From an uncultured delta proteobacterium (lineage in GTDB: Bacteria; Desulfobacterota; Binatia; UBA9968): DNA of 64,000 nucleotides. Shown here in pieces: positions 60,487 to 64,000 of this stretch. Position 1 is the first letter of the stretch. Each line of letters starts with the position of its first letter. The notes beneath the pieces were generated by a model. That model had not been told where the DNA came from. It ran no database searches and saw only the letters and a list, made by a program, of their open reading frames with translations. The stretch is taken from the NCBI GenBank assembly GCA_963771465.1, contig CAVYTU010000015.1, positions 1,024,001 to 1,088,000 on the forward strand, written 5' to 3'. A program made the translations under genes and the position numbers.

Positions 60487-60622
60487 GGATCGAGTCTAAA
60501 GCATTGCGCGCTGAGCATCGGCAAAATCTGAACGCAGCACTCATTTCTCAGCACTGATTAACCGCACTCTTGAATCCCGCGCTACTGTCCGTTATCAATA
60601 GGAACGCTCGCCAAACTCGCGT

Positions 60623-60708
60623 GCCGGAGTGGTGGAATGGCAGACGCGCCGGACTCAAAATCCGGTAGGGGCAACCCTGTGCGGGTTCAAGTCCCGCCTC
60701 CGGCACCA
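60623..60708 (+). tRNA. tRNA-Leu (anticodon CAA)
   Basis: GCCGGAG/CTCCGGC acceptor stem plus ACCA; anticodon arm CCGGA-CTCAAAA-TCCGG; long variable arm; GGTTCAAGTCC T arm. Confidence 0.97.
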
Positions 60709-60740
60709 TAAGCCAATGAGTTCGGTTAAGTCACTTCGCT

Positions 60741-63700
60741 CTAGTGCTTCTCAAGCCAATTTCGAATCAACGCGCCGACCGTCTCGGTATGATCCCGAAT
60801 AAACGAATCGTGGTTGCCGGTGCCGCGGTAGATCTGGATTCCTCCGCTAACATACTTGCCCCATCCCAGAGTGTTATCCTGTTTACGACTCGACATCTCA
60901 TCGGCAACCAACGAGAACACTGTGCCCCGATACTGCCGCGGACGATAACGCAAGAGAGCTTTGAGGTGGCTAGACTGATTATCGCGCAGCTCGCGCATGG
61001 ATGGCAGCTGTTGAGCGCCAGCCGCTGTCTTGGCGGACTTCAGATCGAATACTTCTTTCAACGTTTCCGACCGGTGCGTGACATAATTTATTCCCTCCCT
61101 CCATTCTAAACTCCGTAGCTTTTCGAAGTGGTATCGAAATCTCTCCCGATAATAGTACTGCCAGTTCGGTATCAGCTTCTCGATCACTCGCCAAGCGCGA
61201 TATCGATAGTAGCGCACCCTCGTGGGTCGAACCGTATCGAGGAATCCCAATAATCCCACCTCCTCCTCTTGATCTTGGAGTTGGCACGCTACCTCGTAAG
61301 CCACTACTCCTCCCAAACAATGTCCAAGCAAACAATACGGTCCTTCGGGCTGTATAGACTTGATCTCCTTAATAAAGTCCTTGGCCATCGCTTCAACACT
61401 TTCGTGGCCGCGCTCAGATCCTCGGGAACTCCGGGCTCTTAATCCATAAAATGGATATTCAACCCCCACAAAGTGGGCTATCTGCGCCAACGCCAACGCC
61501 TCGTTTTCACCGCCAAATCCACCTGGGAAGACAAAAACCGGAGATTTGCCATCCCCACCCTTTAACTTAAAAAGGTACGACCAGTTGCGCTCGCCGACCT
61601 TGTCCTGCGCGTTCCATTTCTCATCTCTGGCGTGTAAGTATTCCGCAACACCCGCAATCGTCGGAGATTCGAAGAAACTTCGTAGCGGCACTTCGCACTC
61701 AAATTCTTTTGCCATCAACGAAAGCAGTCGAATAGCCAGTAACGAGTGCCCTCCCGCAACGAAAAAATTATCATTCACTCCCACTTTCTCTACCTTGAGA
61801 ACTTCGGCCCATATCTGCGCCAACCGCTGTTCCGTAACACTTCGAGGCGCCAAATAAACTTCCTCGGACTCACGCCGGCTTTTCTCCGGCACTGGTAATG
61901 TTGAATGGTCTATTTTGCCATTGGCTGTCAGCGGCAGCTTATCAAGGAATACGAATGCGGAGGGCACCATATAGTCCGGTAGTTTCTCTTTGAGATATCC
62001 GCGTAGCTCGCTGGCTGTCAGACCACCTGACAATTTGCCGGCGACATATCCCACCAATTGCTTGTCTTTGAGGCTGTCTTCCTGGACGGTTACAACCGCT
62101 TCTCGTATCGCTGGATGTTCACCGAGCACGGTCTCGATCTCGCCTAACTCAATCCGATAACCACGTATCTTCACCTGGTTGTCGATGCGGCCCAAAAACT
62201 CGATGTTGCCGTCCGGCAAATACCGCGCCCGATCTCCGGTCTTGTAAAGGCGGCTTGTGGGGTCAACATTAAATGGGTTGGCGATAAACTTCTCAGCGGT
62301 CAACTCAGGACGATTAAGATATCCCCGTGCCAATCCGTCTCCGCCGATATGAAGCTCTCCCCCCACACCGATGGGGACGGGCTTTAGATGTGCATCGAGA
62401 ATATATACCTGGGTGTTGCCGATTGGCCTGCCGATGGGAATTGAAGATAAGTGGTGATCCCGTTGGCGCGGTATGGGATAGCAGCACGTAAACGTCGTGC
62501 TTTCGGTCGGCCCGTAGCCGTTGATAATCTTCGTGTTAGGTAACTCGGCGAGACCTTTTCTCACATGTGGCATCGAAAGCGCTTCGCCGCCGATCAGTAG
62601 CTGCTTTACCTCTGACAAGGCCTGCGGCTCTTCGTTGACCACTGTGTTAAACAAGGCTGTCGTCAACCATAATGTGGTGACTTGATGTTTCTTGAGAACT
62701 GCTCCTAGTTCACTCGGAGCAGGCACTTTCCCAGGAAGGATTACACATTTGGCTCCGTGCAGCAGTGCGCCCCACACCTCGAAAGTCGCAGCATCGAAAG
62801 AAATCGGCGCCAAATGAAGAAAAGTCTGCTCTCCGTCGAGTTCCACGTAGTCAACTCCAAACAATAAGCGCACGACGCCTCGATGGCGCACTTCCACTCC
62901 TTTGGGTTTACCGGTAGAGCCAGAGGTGTAAATCACATAGGCCAAGTTGTCGGCTGTGCTTTCGCTGTCTGGATTATCTCGCGGCTCTTTGGCTATCTCT
63001 TTCCACTCGCGATCAAGATAAATCACGCGGGCACTTGTTGGCGGCAGGCTCTTTAACGAAACCCTATCGGTCAACACTATGCCGACATGTGTGTCCTCTA
63101 ACATGAACCTCAAACGCTCTTTGGGATAACTCGCATCCAAGGGCACGTAGGCGCCACCGGCTTTGAGTATGCCGAGAATACCGATCACTAATTCAAGTGA
63201 CCGCTCCATGCAGAGCCCAACAAGAACATCCGGTCCAACCCCCAACTTCCGCAAATAGTGCGCTAGCTGATTGGCTTTGCTGTTCAGCTCTCTGTAGCTT
63301 ACTCGCCGATCCTCAAACACCAGCGCAACCGCGTCGGGCGTACGCTCTGTTTGCTCCTGAAATAGTTGGTGCACGCAGTCCCCTGGATAATGCCGCTGGG
63401 TATCGTTCCATTCGACTAACAACTGCTGCTTCTCGACCGAATTCAACAACGGAATGTCCAAGAGCTTTTGATCCGGGTCTGCCACAATCCCTTCCAGCAG
63501 TGTCAGGAAATGTCCTGCCATACGGCTGATTGTTGCCGCGTCAAAGAGCTCCGTGCGATACTCGATGCGCAAACTCATCTCCCGTTCGCGGTCGATAAAT
63601 GCCGCGAAGATATCGAATTTGGCAGTGAAAAAATCAATCTCCACAGGAGTCACTGTGAGTCCAGGGATCTCTAAGTTCGATCGCGGAACATTTTGCACCG

Positions 63701-64000
63701 CGAAGGCAACTTGGAATAACGGCGTCTGGCTCTGATTACGCCCAGGATTGAGTTCCTCAACGAGTTTTTCAAAGGGTAAGTCTTGGTGCTCATAAGCTTG
63801 CAACGCGGTTTCGCGCACGCACTCCAACAGTCCCCTAAACGTGGGATTGCCGGACAGTTTCGTCCTCAACACCATCATGTTCACGAAAAATCCGATCAAA
63901 CCTTCCGTTTCTGGACGCGTCCGGCCAGCAATCGGTGAGCCGACCACGACATCATCCTGCCCTGTGTAGCGATGCAGCAAGATCTGGAACGCCGCAAGTA
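60741..64000 (-). CDS. Non-ribosomal peptide synthetase terminal module C-A-PCP-TE, 5' partial
   Basis: IGFFVN and HQDLPFE (C domain); YTSGSTGKPKG, YGPTE, YKTGD, QVKIRGYRIE (A domain); GGHSLL (PCP); GHCLG (TE). The frame runs off the window end. Confidence 0.97.
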   Translation of the reverse strand, partial: LAAFQILLHRYTGQDDVVVGSPIAGRTRPETEGLIGFFVNMMVLRTKLSGNPTFRGLLECVRETALQAYEHQDLPFEKLVEELNPGRNQSQTPLFQVAFAVQNVPRSNLEIPGLTVTPVEIDFFTAKFDIFAAFIDREREMSLRIEYRTELFDAATISRMAGHFLTLLEGIVADPDQKLLDIPLLNSVEKQQLLVEWNDTQRHYPGDCVHQLFQEQTERTPDAVALVFEDRRVSYRELNSKANQLAHYLRKLGVGPDVLVGLCMERSLELVIGILGILKAGGAYVPLDASYPKERLRFMLEDTHVGIVLTDRVSLKSLPPTSARVIYLDREWKEIAKEPRDNPDSESTADNLAYVIYTSGSTGKPKGVEVRHRGVVRLLFGVDYVELDGEQTFLHLAPISFDAATFEVWGALLHGAKCVILPGKVPAPSELGAVLKKHQVTTLWLTTALFNTVVNEEPQALSEVKQLLIGGEALSMPHVRKGLAELPNTKIINGYGPTESTTFTCCYPIPRQRDHHLSSIPIGRPIGNTQVYILDAHLKPVPIGVGGELHIGGDGLARGYLNRPELTAEKFIANPFNVDPTSRLYKTGDRARYLPDGNIEFLGRIDNQVKIRGYRIELGEIETVLGEHPAIREAVVTVQEDSLKDKQLVGYVAGKLSGGLTASELRGYLKEKLPDYMVPSAFVFLDKLPLTANGKIDHSTLPVPEKSRRESEEVYLAPRSVTEQRLAQIWAEVLKVEKVGVNDNFFVAGGHSLLAIRLLSLMAKEFECEVPLRSFFESPTIAGVAEYLHARDEKWNAQDKVGERNWSYLFKLKGGDGKSPVFVFPGGFGGENEALALAQIAHFVGVEYPFYGLRARSSRGSERGHESVEAMAKDFIKEIKSIQPEGPYCLLGHCLGGVVAYEVACQLQDQEEEVGLLGFLDTVRPTRVRYYRYRAWRVIEKLIPNWQYYYRERFRYHFEKLRSLEWREGINYVTHRSETLKEVFDLKSAKTAAGAQQLPSMRELRDNQSSHLKALLRYRPRQYRGTVFSLVADEMSSRKQDNTLGWGKYVSGGIQIYRGTGNHDSFIRDHTETVGALIRNWLEKH

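Overview
Bacterial chromosomal window of moderately high GC. The gene content and style resemble a deltaproteobacterial-type lineage, possibly Ca. Binatota (inference only). Three single-base indels in short homopolymers (VWA gene, pgpA, alaS) suggest an imperfectly polished long-read assembly. From left to right: (1) a copper/thiol-redox envelope cluster (Cox11/CtaG-like, SCO, DUF4382, second SCO, VKOR-thioredoxin fusion, exported rhodanese) interrupted by a 3.7-kb AT-richer insert; (2) queC, DUF58, BatA/VWA, VWA and an M23 peptidase; (3) the housekeeping run pgpA-cinA-thpR-recA-recX-alaS-yjbQ-phoH; (4) a protein quality-control block (HtrA, Hsp20, groES-groEL) containing a rearranged IS110 remnant; (5) a decaying PEP-CTERM-related island; (6) an 11-gene complex I operon lacking nuoEFG; (7) a collagen-repeat OmpA-family lipoprotein, SBP-hydrolase-larC, an MFS gene, bioFAD and radA; (8) tRNA-Leu(CAA) abutting a terminal NRPS module. 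The strongest hidden signal is the rhodanese gene. The ORF track stops it at an in-frame UGA that sits at the catalytic Cys position (Y-U-A-C-P), is followed by a SECIS-like hairpin, and the frame continues to complete the domain. This points to a signal-peptide-bearing selenoprotein translationally coupled to VKOR-Trx and in the same apparent operon as SCO. The second strongest signal is a ~180-nt intergenic element whose long helices contain G-U wobble pairs on one strand only, a candidate unannotated ncRNA.
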